This document shows positions 39,110-51,698 of a stretch of DNA of 64,000 nucleotides, one piece after another (the first letter of the stretch is position 1; each line of letters begins with the position of its first letter). The translations under genes were made by a program, and so were the position numbers. The notes below the pieces were generated by a model. That model had not been told where the DNA came from, searched no databases, and was given only the letters and a program-made list of their open reading frames with translations. This DNA comes from Utricularia gibba (taxonomy: Eukaryota > Plantae > Magnoliophyta): positions 2,108,001-2,172,000 of the forward strand of contig NEEC01000017.1 of assembly GCA_002189035.1 (NCBI GenBank), in the 5' to 3' direction.

Positions 39110-39680
39110 CAAATTCCACCCTGCCTAAAATCCCAATTCCTGACGAAATCGATCAGTAATCGAGTCAATCCTATACAAAATACGTATAATATACACACAC
39201 ACACATATATATATCTATGATCTGCAGGTGAAGAAAAACCAGCGAATCGGAACTCCTCGAGGATATCTCAGTGGCTTCCCTTGCTCCGATCTTATCCACG
39301 TCTCGCAGATCTCCGTGTTCTCGCTTGGCCTTACAGCGCCAACGCTGATTGTCGTTTAGCCTCTCAGCATTTCGATGCCTTCACCTTTACCTGTCTCCTC
39401 CCCCTTTTTCAAATCAACAATAATATCGACAATTGATTCATCTTATGCTATAAAAAATAAAACACATTTTACAAGTCCCAACTTGCCTCATATAATAATA
39501 ATTTCCCCAATATAATTCATTATTAAAATGAGAATTATAGGATCAGATTAAAAAATTACACAAAATAGGGCATTATTACAAGATAGAGGAGACTTCCGAT
39601 CCAAATGCACCCACAAAAGATACACAAAGAATGGGCAACAAAATGAGTGGCACTTTACATGTAAAGGGTATATATGCAGT

Positions 39681-39965
39681 AGAAGAAGGCAATGGCTGTT
39701 GTCTTCTTCATCTTCTCACAGAGTCACTGCTGCTAAAAAATGAAGATTTCCCATTCACCCAACATCTCAGTTGCCTGAGAAGAGGCAATGGCTGCTGTCT
39801 TCTTCATCTTCTCACAGAGTCACTGCTGCTAAATGAAGATTTCCCACTCAGCCTACCTCTCAGTTGCCTGAGAAGAGGGCAATGGCTGTTGTCTTCTTCA
39901 TCTTCTCACAGAGTCACTGCTGCAGAATGAAGATTTCCCATTCAGCCTGCCTCTCAGTTGCCTGA
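39681..39965. repeat. Three tandem copies of about 95 bp containing the ALA C-terminal codons, stop and start of the 3'UTR
   Basis: The anchor GGCAATGGCTG recurs at 39688, 39784 and 39878 (periods 96 and 94). Copies differ by several substitutions and indels. Confidence 0.95.
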
Positions 39966-42900
39966 TTTTAGCTTCAACTCGAGCAGTGAACCCAATGTTG
40001 GTCCTCTCTCGAGCTTTGCTGCGCTCATGTCGCCACATGTGCCGATCGATGACATCCCGCCGGCAGTACTTGATCTCTTGGATGATGTGGTGGTCCATGG
40101 GGTTGAAGGATCGCTGAAACGAGATGTGGGTGAGGTAAGGGAGGATGCAAGCAACTGTTACCACGAGTGTCGTCGACCAGAAGATGGGAGCTGGGCCGAG
40201 GACCTCGGTGAGGACTTGGAAGGCGCCAACACTCAGGGAGTAGGAGGACTTGCCGTACACCAGGAGAAATAGGTACCAGAAACCAACACTGCCCCAAATG
40301 AGAATGTGTTGGATAAAAGTGAAGTGGCACATCGTCAAGGCGATCTGACAGTTGACCGCCCAGATGATGCAAGTGAACATGGCTGTCCCAACTGCAGTCA
40401 TGTCTGCCGTCTGGCCATCGGGTCGGAAAGCTTGGTCGTAGAAGATGATGATGTTGAGGAAGAACACCACGAGGGAGGTGTAGAAACCATTTCCCATCCA
40501 GCCTAATATTCTGGGCCAATCGAAGAATAAGTTTTTTGGTCCCTGTTGATACAGAGCTGGGAACTGCACGAGTACAGGTGTTTGTATCAGTGGTGAAAGT
40601 TTTCTATCCTGAATTCAAAAAAATGTTGAATGCAGAGACAACAGGTATAAGTTCCTGAGGAGCCAACCTGTAGGCATACTTCAGAGTCTACGTCTTGCTC
40701 GAATACTCCAAGAGATATAACAGGCAATGATGTCAGGACTACGTTGAATAGTAGCATGTACCAATCAACATATATAGACTGCCCAGAAAATCCAGCAAAT
40801 GTCTCGAAGTAGAAGATTGTAAGGCCGAATGCAATGTTTTTGTAGAAGAAATAGCAAATCTGCATCGAAGATATGTTTAGCAAATAAATACCAAAGGGGG
40901 GGGGGGGGGGGCAAGCAAAGAGCATTCCCAATCTTCATCCTAATATCTTCAAGATTAAACTAACTACTTCTAAACAGAATTTGTGCATTATTTTGAGTGA
41001 ATCCTTCTATTTAACAAAACATATATGAAAGCACATGAAAATTTGTGATGGGAATCCAAAAAGAACAAGGTTGATGCCTGAAATTCAATTTGCAGAATAC
41101 CATCTGTGCGATTCTTTTGTAACACCAATGACCATGCACCACCAGAAGCCTTTCCAGAAATCGGAACTGTGCAATAGCAAAGTCACTAGCCATCACAGCC
41201 TGCAGGCAGTTAATGACAAGTCAGTCGTTTCAGATCAATTAGCACATTTCATAACTATAAGACAAGAACCAGCCTTGAGACATCAACAAATATGGAAGTT
41301 CATAGGAGGATGATGGAAAGCTTTGAAACCCCACCAAAAATATGCCACATCAGAAAGTTCATGGAATGAAATGTGCATGAGGATTGGTTTGTAAAAACCT
41401 GCATGCCTTCGCACCCACTAATGCCAACACCAATATCTGCTTCTTGTATCATTCCAACATCATTGGCACCATCACCTATTGCTAATGTGGTTTTCCCAGT
41501 TCCTTCTTTGACCAATCTTGTTACCTTTATAAAGGAAGGGGGGATTGAAATCAAGATCCAAAAACTGACTAACTAGAAATATAAAAAAAATTAAGATTGC
41601 CGAATTCTACAGAAGAACAAAGATTTCTGACCTGGGCTTTTTGTTTTGGTGAGACACGACAACATATAACCGAAGCGCAACCAACAGCTAAATCTAAAAA
41701 TTGATGCTTCATGTCATTCTCAAGAGCATGAGTAAGAGTTTTCCCATCAATAATTAAAGCAAACGCAGCATGGGGATCCCTTTCGAGTTTGATCATTTGA
41801 GAAGCATTGGTGATTTGGTTTAGAATCTGCTCTTTTGCAGCCTATAATGATGTTAGAAAAAAATAAAGCCATCATTTGAATTGCATTAAAACAAAAAGCA
41901 AGTAATCGTCCAACAGATTCATACCTTTTTTTGATCCTGGACTATGGGATCAGATTCTGTTATACTTATACATATCTGTCTCATACCATGTCGAAGCAAA
42001 CTGCATGCAAATCTGAAATACAATTGTGCATCAGCTTAAAATCACCCCATATCACAGGCATAAAATATTTGATAGCTGCAATATGGAGGTCAGGTACATA
42101 CCCAATATTAATCGCAGTTTCCATCTTATCACCTGTCAGAACCCATATTTTAAGACCTGCCTGAGCAAGTTTGTCAATACACTGAGGCACCTTCAAAAAA
42201 GATGAAAGAAAATGATATAAGGATGGATAAATAGAGGAAGCGATCAAGAAAGAAAAGCATGATATACCCCTGCTTGCAGCTTGTCTTCCACTGCAGTTGC
42301 ACCCACCAAAATGAAGTCCCTTTCCATTATATCAGCAAGCCGCTCCAACTTTGCTTCTCTATCAGCACCAATTGATGTCTTTGCCTTCATGAACTCTTCG
42401 TTCCATGCAATATATTTGGCATCATCAATTTCCTTGTAGGCAAGTGCCAGTGTTCTCAATCCACTCTCCCCATATTCTGTCAAATGCTTTGTGGTTTCCT
42501 CCAGATATTTCTCACCATTCTTGGCCAGGCGATCAAAAATGATGCTGTGAAGTAACAAAGGCCAAGGAACATGTGAGAATTACAGCCCTAAGTGAAGTAA
42601 AATAAAGATGAAGTACGACATAATTCAAAGTTGGACAAGGTCCTGCTACTGGAAATTAAGAAAATTCGGGTAATGAGCGCTAACTTTCCCTATTTAATTC
42701 ATTCAGTTTTTAACAGTTCCATGTTCAACTTTTTTTTTTCCACAGGTGCTTCGATGTTTTGTTCCCTATGTCAATGGTGGTGAAACATACCTATCAGCCC
42801 CTTTGCAGAGAACAAGGATTTTACCATCTTCATTCCTCACAATGACAGACATCCTTTTCCTTTTGCTGGTGAAATCCAACAAATTGAGAACTTTGTACTC

Positions 42901-44790
42901 CCTGTGTATAGTGTTGCAGGTCGGTCAACCTGGTACACATGAAACAACTTTCTGAAGAAATGGAATAGATTCGAGGTTCATGTTCTGACCTCTCTGTTGG
43001 CTCTTGAAAGAAGGGATATCTCTCACGAACATAAATGCTTGACTGTGTTCTTCTGCAGAACTCAAAACCAAATTCTCTAGCAGCGACAAGAAAGGCACCT
43101 TCATCGGGTGATTCTGATTCATAACACAAACCTGTTTCTTCATTTTGCTCTGGGATCCCAGTGTGACAAATCGCTAATATCCTGAAAAACAACAAAACCA
43201 TGTCTGCATTGGGATCTGTGAACCAATTCCCATTCATTAGGCGAGCATCCTCAAAGCTGAACCCCTTGATAGCATGTTTGTGTTCACCTACATCTTTTGA
43301 GGCAACAACGCTCTCTAATTCAATTTCTGATGCTCCACAGCCAGCCTCATTTTTTTTCCATGAATAAGGACTGGTAACTTGAATTGGCTGATTGCCCTCC
43401 ATGGCCAGCTGCTTGGCAGCAGCTAGTTCTACATCACTAGAGCGCACACCATATGGAGTACCCGCAATGGAACATTTGATGAAGTCCATCTGGTTACAAG
43501 TCAGAGTTCCAGTTTTGTCAGAGAGTATAGTGTCAACTTGTCCTAGTTCTTCATTTAAGTTTGAGGTCCTTGCTTGTGCGGGAGTTTCGTGTACTTCATC
43601 ATACATATGGACATCGTGGTTCATGAACACTGCTTGAAGAACTTTAACAACCTCAATCGAAACATACAAGGATATTGGTATCAAATATCCATACAATATA
43701 AGAGCAGTGATGAGGTGATAGAACCCTGATATCAGAGGCATTCCTGTGTCATAAAGACCAGCCTTGTCAGGAACCCTTAAATACCACCAGTTTGGCAAAT
43801 CGTATTTGGTCTTCCCAATGAAGCCTAGGGAGCTCAGGAATGAGATAAAAACCAAGAGGCTGAAGAGGAAATATATAATTTTGTCCATTTGTTTTTCAAC
43901 CTTACTTCGTTTGGAAGGAGATTTTGTAGCATTTTGCATGACCTTACTATCATGACCAGTAAATATCACAACTCCATAAACATAAGCTGTATTTCTTAAT
44001 TTTGAATCCCGAAGTAAAATTTGACTAGGATCAAGAGGATATATTTGACGATCATATTCGAAATTCCCCACAAAGGAGTACAGGTTAGGATTTGGATCCT
44101 CACATTTCAAGGTAGCACTGAATTCCCTGAACGACAAATCATGATCCAAGAGTAGCGTTGCCTCAAGAGCTCTTTTAACCTTTAAATTGGTTTCCCCATC
44201 CAAATTCATGGTTTCGACATAACATATCCCATCATCGTAACTGGAAGATAGCAAGAGCAAATCTGCGGGAAAAAATTTGTCCTTCTCCACCTTAACTACA
44301 TCTCCAACTCTAAGTTTCATCCATGGTTTGACAGCAAATATACCACCCTTTTTATGTACTAGAGTTTTTCGAAGATTAACCTTCATATCTTGAATAAACC
44401 TACGCCAATCTTCAAGAGCTTCTTTGGCCATACTCAAACCAACCACAAAGACGAGAGGGGCAATCATGCTAACAGCAGAGAATGGTGATATGGGAGTTAG
44501 TGATAAGACTGCAGCCAGTAGGAAATACAAATTTGCTACACGTCTGAACTGTTCAAATATGGCCTTTGGGAGGAAAGTAACAATATTGTACTTGGTAGTA
44601 GAAATGTAGTTCGAGCAATATCTAACAGGTTTTTCCACATGTAGACGAGGCTGGTTACAGTAAACTATTCGAGAATAGCCACGTTCATGAAAGTCATGAA
44701 GTGCATCATCTTGCGAAGCATGAGGCCTATAGCAACCAAATGTGTAAAAGCTACTGCGGAGAAAACTTGCTCTTATTCTTCCCGAGCCAT
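39898..44790 (-). CDS. ALA: P4-type ATPase phospholipid flippase (ALA4/5/6/7-like); -1 frame break in codon 4
   Basis: [56 protein letters not shown]. Exons 44790-42990, 42901-42791, 42544-42268, 42190-42102 and onward to 40563-39898. Confidence 0.95.
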
Positions 44791-47011
44791 GATACACTTT
44801 TGAGCTTCAAATCCACCAAAACAACCCAGAATTATGAAGATTAACCAGCCAGGCCATATATTTTTCTAAAACAGTTATCATCTTTCCAAGCCAACTGAAT
44901 GGATCAATTAGCTTGTCCAAGAACCCCTGAAATTAACTATCTAACCAGTCAACCACTCTTAACCTACTGCAATATTGTCTTCGGTTCAATAAGATTGCAC
45001 GTATTTATCCTTGAGATCTAAACACACAAAAAAGTCCAAGAACATGGAGAAAACCTATTAGAAAACAAAAAAAAAAAAAGTTAAATGCATAATGTAAATC
45101 TGCATCTATGGTTCGAACTAATATCTTAATCGCATCCACTAACTCCCATGAATTTAAAGTTTAAAAAAGAGCGAACATAGAAAGCCAGTGTGCAAATGAA
45201 ACAGCACATCGCAATGCCCTCGGGTAAAGAACCCAACAATACTTCTTGATCAACATCACAAAAATTCATGCACAAATAGCAGTTCCAAGTTGTTAGACAA
45301 AATCAACCAAAAAATCTCCAGCATTGCGAAAAATTAAGAGCAACCCCCAAGTGGAAGATCGAAGACACTGAAATCAACACAGAAAGAAACTTCAAAATTG
45401 ACCAGCTGAATAAAATTCAGAAGTCACTCCACCTTTCCAACTTAAAAACACCGACAGAAGTGAATGAAAAAAAAGACACAATCCCTAATCCTCTCATCAC
45501 TAATAAAGGGACGAATGGAACCCACATTGTCAAAGTAGGCAATAAATACCTGAGAGAATTGCGGACGCAAACCAGAAGCAAACTCCGCTCAAGGATCGCA
45601 CTCAGGGAAAGAGAAGTGGGGGATAAGAAGCAAAGGTGAATGAGGTATGATTGCCGGGATGGCGAATGAAGCAAGATCGACATGGAAGAGGATCTGACAC
45701 TTGACTATTTGAGGGACTCCGTCCCTGAGAGCAGCATTCATTGATCCACCTCTCCCATTAGTGTGTGTGACTGTGTGCTTTCAATTAATGAGGAAGCGCG
45801 TGTGGCACAACTTGCAATTATTATTATTTATTAATTTTAAACATTTTAACAACACTCCTCTTTTATTTACAATTCTTTTATGCATATCAAATCCACTATT
45901 ATCACACGTGGCAACATGATTGATTCGCTATTTGGGCTATGTTTATTAGTATAACCAAGATAATTCTTAGGAAATTGAAGAATTTTTAAGTGTTTATTTT
46001 TTTAAATAATTTACCTTAATATTTATGAAGTTGTATATTTAACTTATCATGTTATCAAAACTAATTGATTTTAATCATAATATTGCATCGTCATAAACAA
46101 TATTCACAATTTTCATTAATTTCATTTTAATGATCTTAACCTCACCAAACTCCATAAATCACAAGACTCAAAGGCAATCTAACACTAATAATGGATTTTG
46201 ATTCGTCAAATTTTATATACAAATACAAAAAAATCCTATAACAATTTTTTATTGGGTTTGAAATTATTGTTGTAAATAGATTCATTTTTTAAAAATTTTG
46301 AAAATTATTGCATTTCATTGTACGATTTTGATAAGTTGAAATGTTTTTTTTTTTTTTGTAATTTTGAAATTTAAGAATTATATTCTTTATACTAATCAAA
46401 ATTTGAAGTGTTTTTATTGCATTATTCTCATTTAAAAAACATGACATTTTATTGAATATTCTAATTTGGTTGTTCTGTAATCATATCCTCCACAAATGAC
46501 GATATGTTTCATTCTAATGCCTACATGGGACGATGAAAATGTGATAATTTTTCGAAACTTATCAAGTTAATGTTTGTGTCAAATGCGTGTTGAAGATGGG
46601 AGGTGAATCGTATTGATCCCAACCTTACCCCTTTTAAGGAACACAGCTTTCGTATGTGTCTCTTCTTGAGGTCTTTTCTTTTATGTCCTCATCGGGGGAG
46701 GGTGACCTAACCCCTTTTAAACAGAATAAAGCAGTATATTTTTCCTGATATTAGTAAAATAATATTATTTCTTAATAAAAAAAAGATTATTAAAACAAGA
46801 TTTGTTAAAATGTTATTAAAAGGGCTCATTGGAGTAATTCCTAATTAATTATTATCATTTAAAATTTAAGAATAACACAAAAGGGGTAAATTTTCCGATC
46901 ACATGAGAAGATCGTGGTGTATCAGATCACTGTGTCAGGAGGAATGGTTATGGAGGATTAAGAGTTTGATCCGCCATGGGCGATGGAAATCGAGAGAACA
47001 CAAGGTAGTGG

Positions 47012-49362
47012 TTAACAAGAATTCTGATCCTGCAATCTTTTTGTCAGTATCTGCATCCCGATGTACCTGCAAATGGTGGATTTCGATGTTAGTTGGTAGT
47101 TTTTTTGGATGTGTTGTGTTTGTGTTTTAGTTACCTTCCCATCATCATTACGGTGGCCTGAGGATTCGTGCCTGGGGATTCGAAGAAGACGGATCCATCG
47201 ACGACGCGGAGCCGATCGACGCCGATAACCTTGTATTCTTCGTCGACGACTTTTCCGATGTGGCATCCCCCGTGGTAATGCCAGATAGTGATAACCGTGT
47301 CTCTGCAGAACTGTTCCAGTTGCTTGGTGTCGTTTGTGTGTTTTGGGATGAGGTTCACGTTCGCGGCGACGCTCATGTTCACCAGTCGCTCCACGCTGTT
47401 CTTATCCAGCTGTGTGTACCCTGCGAAGCTCTTGGACTTTAGAAGTTTCTCGATGATCCGGATTCCGGCGACGCAGTGGCTTACGTCGGTGGGATGGCTG
47501 AAGTAGTTGAATGTGATGCTGGGATTATCGTTGATGTTGGTGTTTTTGAGGGTGATATGACCTCTGGATTTTGGCCTGGCGAGCTTTTCGAGAATGAATC
47601 CTCCCCTGAACGCTTCGTGGGGAAGGCTTCTTTTGCTGCGTCTGTACCTGTGGATTGCTTCGTGGGTTCTTTCCCTTGGAGGAATTGTTGATAGCTGACC
47701 GATCTGTGTTTTTGAAAATACCGCATAATGATCAGTACACAACTGCAGGCAAGGTGTTCGACAAAATGCTCCTTCGTAAAAACGGGTTGGAGGGTACCTC
47801 AGCTGAAGCGATTCCGTGATCCCAACGGATGCTGTCTGAGGACTGGCCGAAGCCGCTGCTAGCTTCGATGTACACTCCACGTCTTGTAATTCCAACTGTC
47901 TGTATCAGAGACTGCTGAACCGAGCCATTGGTGGGCACAAAAATTGTATTCAGTGGGTTATCTGCCATGCCTTTCCCCACATACTCATTGCCAAGAACAG
48001 GTGGAATATCAAACTTTTCGAGGTCCGAAATCGGTCCAATCCCGCTCAGCAGCAGCAGATGGGGGCTCCCGATTGCTCCAGCTGATAAGATGACTTCGCT
48101 CTCCGGCCTCTCTGTTAGAGCAACGGTGTGGGTCATTCCATTTTCATCCTTGAAGGTAACCCCTACTGCTTTAGGCCTTCTACCTACCAAAGTATTCATA
48201 CATGAGATCATGCTTCTCAGTAACAGATATTCTAAGTTGAGATATCCTTTTTACCTGGTCCTGTGCTATCGAACTCTATTTTCTCCACAGTAGCATAGAC
48301 CAGAACGGTGAGCTTCTCGGGGTTGCCGGTTCCCAGAAGCTCGGCAGCAGAGTGGCGTCGTCCGTATGTGTCAAAGATGGTTCCTCCCACTTTGGTTCCA
48401 TACTTGTGGTCGTATGTGAAGCCATTGAAAGGGGAAACTCCAACTTCCAGGAGCCCATCTCTCACAGCCTTCTGCCAAGGCATCAGCCTTGGCTCATGAA
48501 CTATTTGTTTCTCAACCCACTCAAAGGATTCCCTCACTAACTCACTATCCCATCCAGCTTTTCTGATGAAACTGCATTAACATTCACAACAGAAAAACAT
48601 CAGCTTTCGTCTTCTTTTGGAACATATTTTCCTGTGGGATGTGACCAACCACTAAATGTTTTTGTCATTAATACCTTAATATTTTGTTTTGACATGTGGA
48701 TAGCTTACATTTTCATGCACAAAAACCGTAGGTTGGTGTGATTGTACCTTGGACCGGCTCTGGTGTAAAATCCAGCGTTGATGCACGTACCTCCGCCGAG
48801 AACCCTGGCTCTGGAATTAAATACACCGTCCGTCGAGATGAACATCTGGGACGGCGAGGTTTCGGAGATATCCGCCAGGCCGATGTGAAAATTTTGCATG
48901 AATGAGACATTGGCGTTTGCAAAAGGGGTACCTCCTCTTTCCAGCAGCAGAACGCTGTAGTTCTGGGACAGAGTGGCTGCCAAGGGGCATCCTGCTGTGC
49001 CCCCACCAACAACTATGTAGTCGAACCCCGGTTCTGCCCCGCCCGCATCTGGAGATGATGGATACGGTGCCGAGAACCTGCTTGCCGGTTTTATGAACGG
49101 ATACCTGTACTCTGCTTCATGATCAAGTTCAGTCTGCGTTCCTGCATTTCACTTCCACCAGTAAGGTATATGAGCTTAGATATCAAACCATCTTTTTCGC
49201 AAATTTGATGCAGGTTCTAACATTATGCAAAGAAATTCACCAAAAAAAAATGTGGAGAGGAGGCATTGGAGAACCTTGAGAGAAGCTGAGAAGTGTGGTG
49301 ATCCAAACAAGTAGGTAAAGTTGAAGCACAGAAGAGGAAATACTGAAACCAAGCGAACTCAT
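47012..49362 (-). CDS. HTH: HOTHEAD-like GMC oxidoreductase
   Basis: Exons 49362-49275, 49141-48748, 48571-48255, 48183-47798, 47703-47135, 47066-47012 in frame. DYIVVGGGTAGCPLAATL, RARVLGGGTCINAGFY, TIWHYHGGC, SPGTNPQATVMMMGR. Confidence 0.95.
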
Positions 49363-51698
49363 GGGGAAAAGCCGCTTGCTGCAATCTGCACACGCTCTAA
49401 GGTACGCAAAATTTTGGCCTCTGTTGCTCTTGGTCTTGGATATATAATACAAATGCTTTACCTTTTGAAAGTCACACTTTAACTTGAAAATAAGAACTAG
49501 AATCTTTGCACATATACTGTCACAAATATTTAATGTAAAGCGAAATCCCAACTGGTAACACTGGCTTTTAATGATGGCCATAAATGCAGTAGTTGGAGAA
49601 CAAGCGAATGCATAGATTGTTCATCTACACGGTGGACTAGAAATGAAAAGCCTAGACGCGCCAGCAGCACCTCTGCTCAACCCATTGTGAGGAGTAGCGC
49701 CACAACACTTATGACCATCTGAAAACTACAACAGCCGGTATTTATAAAGCTTAATGTCGAGTCATCAATAAGCAGCAAGCCACTGCCTTGAAAATATACA
49801 GGAAACAGTTCGTGTGGTGGTTGCTTTTGTTATAGCGACCTTTAATAGTACACCACCCACAGGGATTGGAAATCTCCAGAAACAACACAGGTACGTTTGT
49901 GCTTCTTGACACCACTTTCATACATGAATCTTGTAGTTTCCTTGTGTTTGCTATTGGTATTGATGGTGAGTTATTTCTCTTTGTGAGACTCCCAACAGAT
50001 GGTTTACTAGGATCCGTGATCTTGTCCGAGACGTTGGCTACTTGTGCGGTTAATTGCAGGTACTTGTTCTCTACCACCATACATGTCGTGGACAAGCGAA
50101 GTGATACAAAATTATTGATGTTGGGATGTATACCGTGGGTCGTGGAAAAAAACAGTGTGCTGTGCGATTATATATGATCAAGTGCCTCTCAGTACAATCC
50201 ACACGACACAATTAGGTGATTTTATCGTATATTCTAACCACCTTATTATTGCTTATCTCATGGTACACAAGAGTGGAAAATAGGATTATGTAGGGGTGTT
50301 TTCTACTTGATTTTTATTGGCTTTTTCCCCCAAAAAATTATGAAATTCGACGCTGAAGCATGAACCAGTTGGTGTTCTAAGAATAGTCGTACCATCATCT
50401 ATATGATGAGTTATTTGCTTGTTGCTTGGTAAAATTTTGAAAACCAGTATGGCATATAGTGTCTGCATGGTATTACTGTGTCAACTTTTGATTGATGATT
50501 AGTACGAGCTGCAGACTAAGTTGAGCTCCTTATCAACCTAAAGCAGCGTGCGGAGCTCACACAGGTAACCCTAACCAACCATGTCTCGTAGAAAGGGTGT
50601 GTGTAGGGTGCTACGCGTGTATAGGTGGGATGAGTCAATGAATGGGGGAACAGTACGAATGAGGGACCATCTGGGTGAATTATGTGACTAAGAAGAACCT
50701 TCTAGATTGAATTATGGCACATAATTGAGTTGGATTTGGTACGATCCGTGCCACTTATTGATCGATGTTGTCTGCTGAGACAACCGACTCTCTCTCTCTG
50801 TATTCATGAATATTGCTTCCCCCAATCAATCATCAACCTGTCCCGCTGTTGATAACATTATGGTTGTTCTTTTTTTCACCCCCAGCCTAGTGGTAAATAA
50901 TGCCTTTTACTTGTGCCCCCTTTCCCTGGTACAACAGTAAGTAACTCTGTTCCGTGTTCCTTCTACCCTTTTTCTTTTCACCCCTTGGTAAATTGCCATA
51001 ATTGTATGGTCTCTGCCCTCCCCCCTCCCGCCCCCACTCTCCTTTCTCAGCCTTTTTGGATGGGAATGTAGAGATGTGACATTGAGGATGTCGCTGATTT
51101 GTGGTGTAGTTCTGGGTCCTCTTAACCACAAATGGATCACTTTATTCAACAACCGCTAAGATTTTAATCTCCATGTTGATCACATTTTTGTGATATAGTA
51201 GAGATCTTAACATCAATTTTACTACCACAAAATAGTGTAAAAGTGTTTGGTTTTAGGTTTTAGTATCGAACTTGTATTGAAATACTTTTTAGGAAATCAT
51301 TCTAAGAAAATGAAAATTGAATCTTTTATAATTTTTAATAAACAAATAAAAAGTATTCATATTTGATAATAAACTTATTTAGGCGACATCTTAGATTGTT
51401 CTAATGAGATCAATCAAAAAAATCCTGGCTCTTCAAATACAAAAGTAGCCGTAATGGTAGCATACCGAGGCACACGCGTGAGAGACATACGTGGTTTCTC
51501 GAATTCTAATATTACAGGCTTCCAATCAAAAATGCGAGATAACGAAGGCCCCCCATGAGAGGAAGCTGAACGACAGCCACCTCGTGCAAACTCACCTTTA
51601 AAGCAAAAAAAACTAACAGCAGATGAGAAACATGCATCATGCCACCTGCCAAGGGAGGATCATCTTCCAGTTCCTCTGCGAGCATAAAATCAGAAGCT

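Noticed and set aside
40896-40911. Long G homopolymers (G13 at 3813, G10 at 11946, G16 at 40896) as G-quadruplex elements
   Set aside because: They are single non-coding runs of unreliable length, with no further support.
50887-51129. ORF containing NYGNLPRG, reminiscent of IDA-like peptides
   Set aside because: No signal peptide and no PIPPSAPSKRH core follows.
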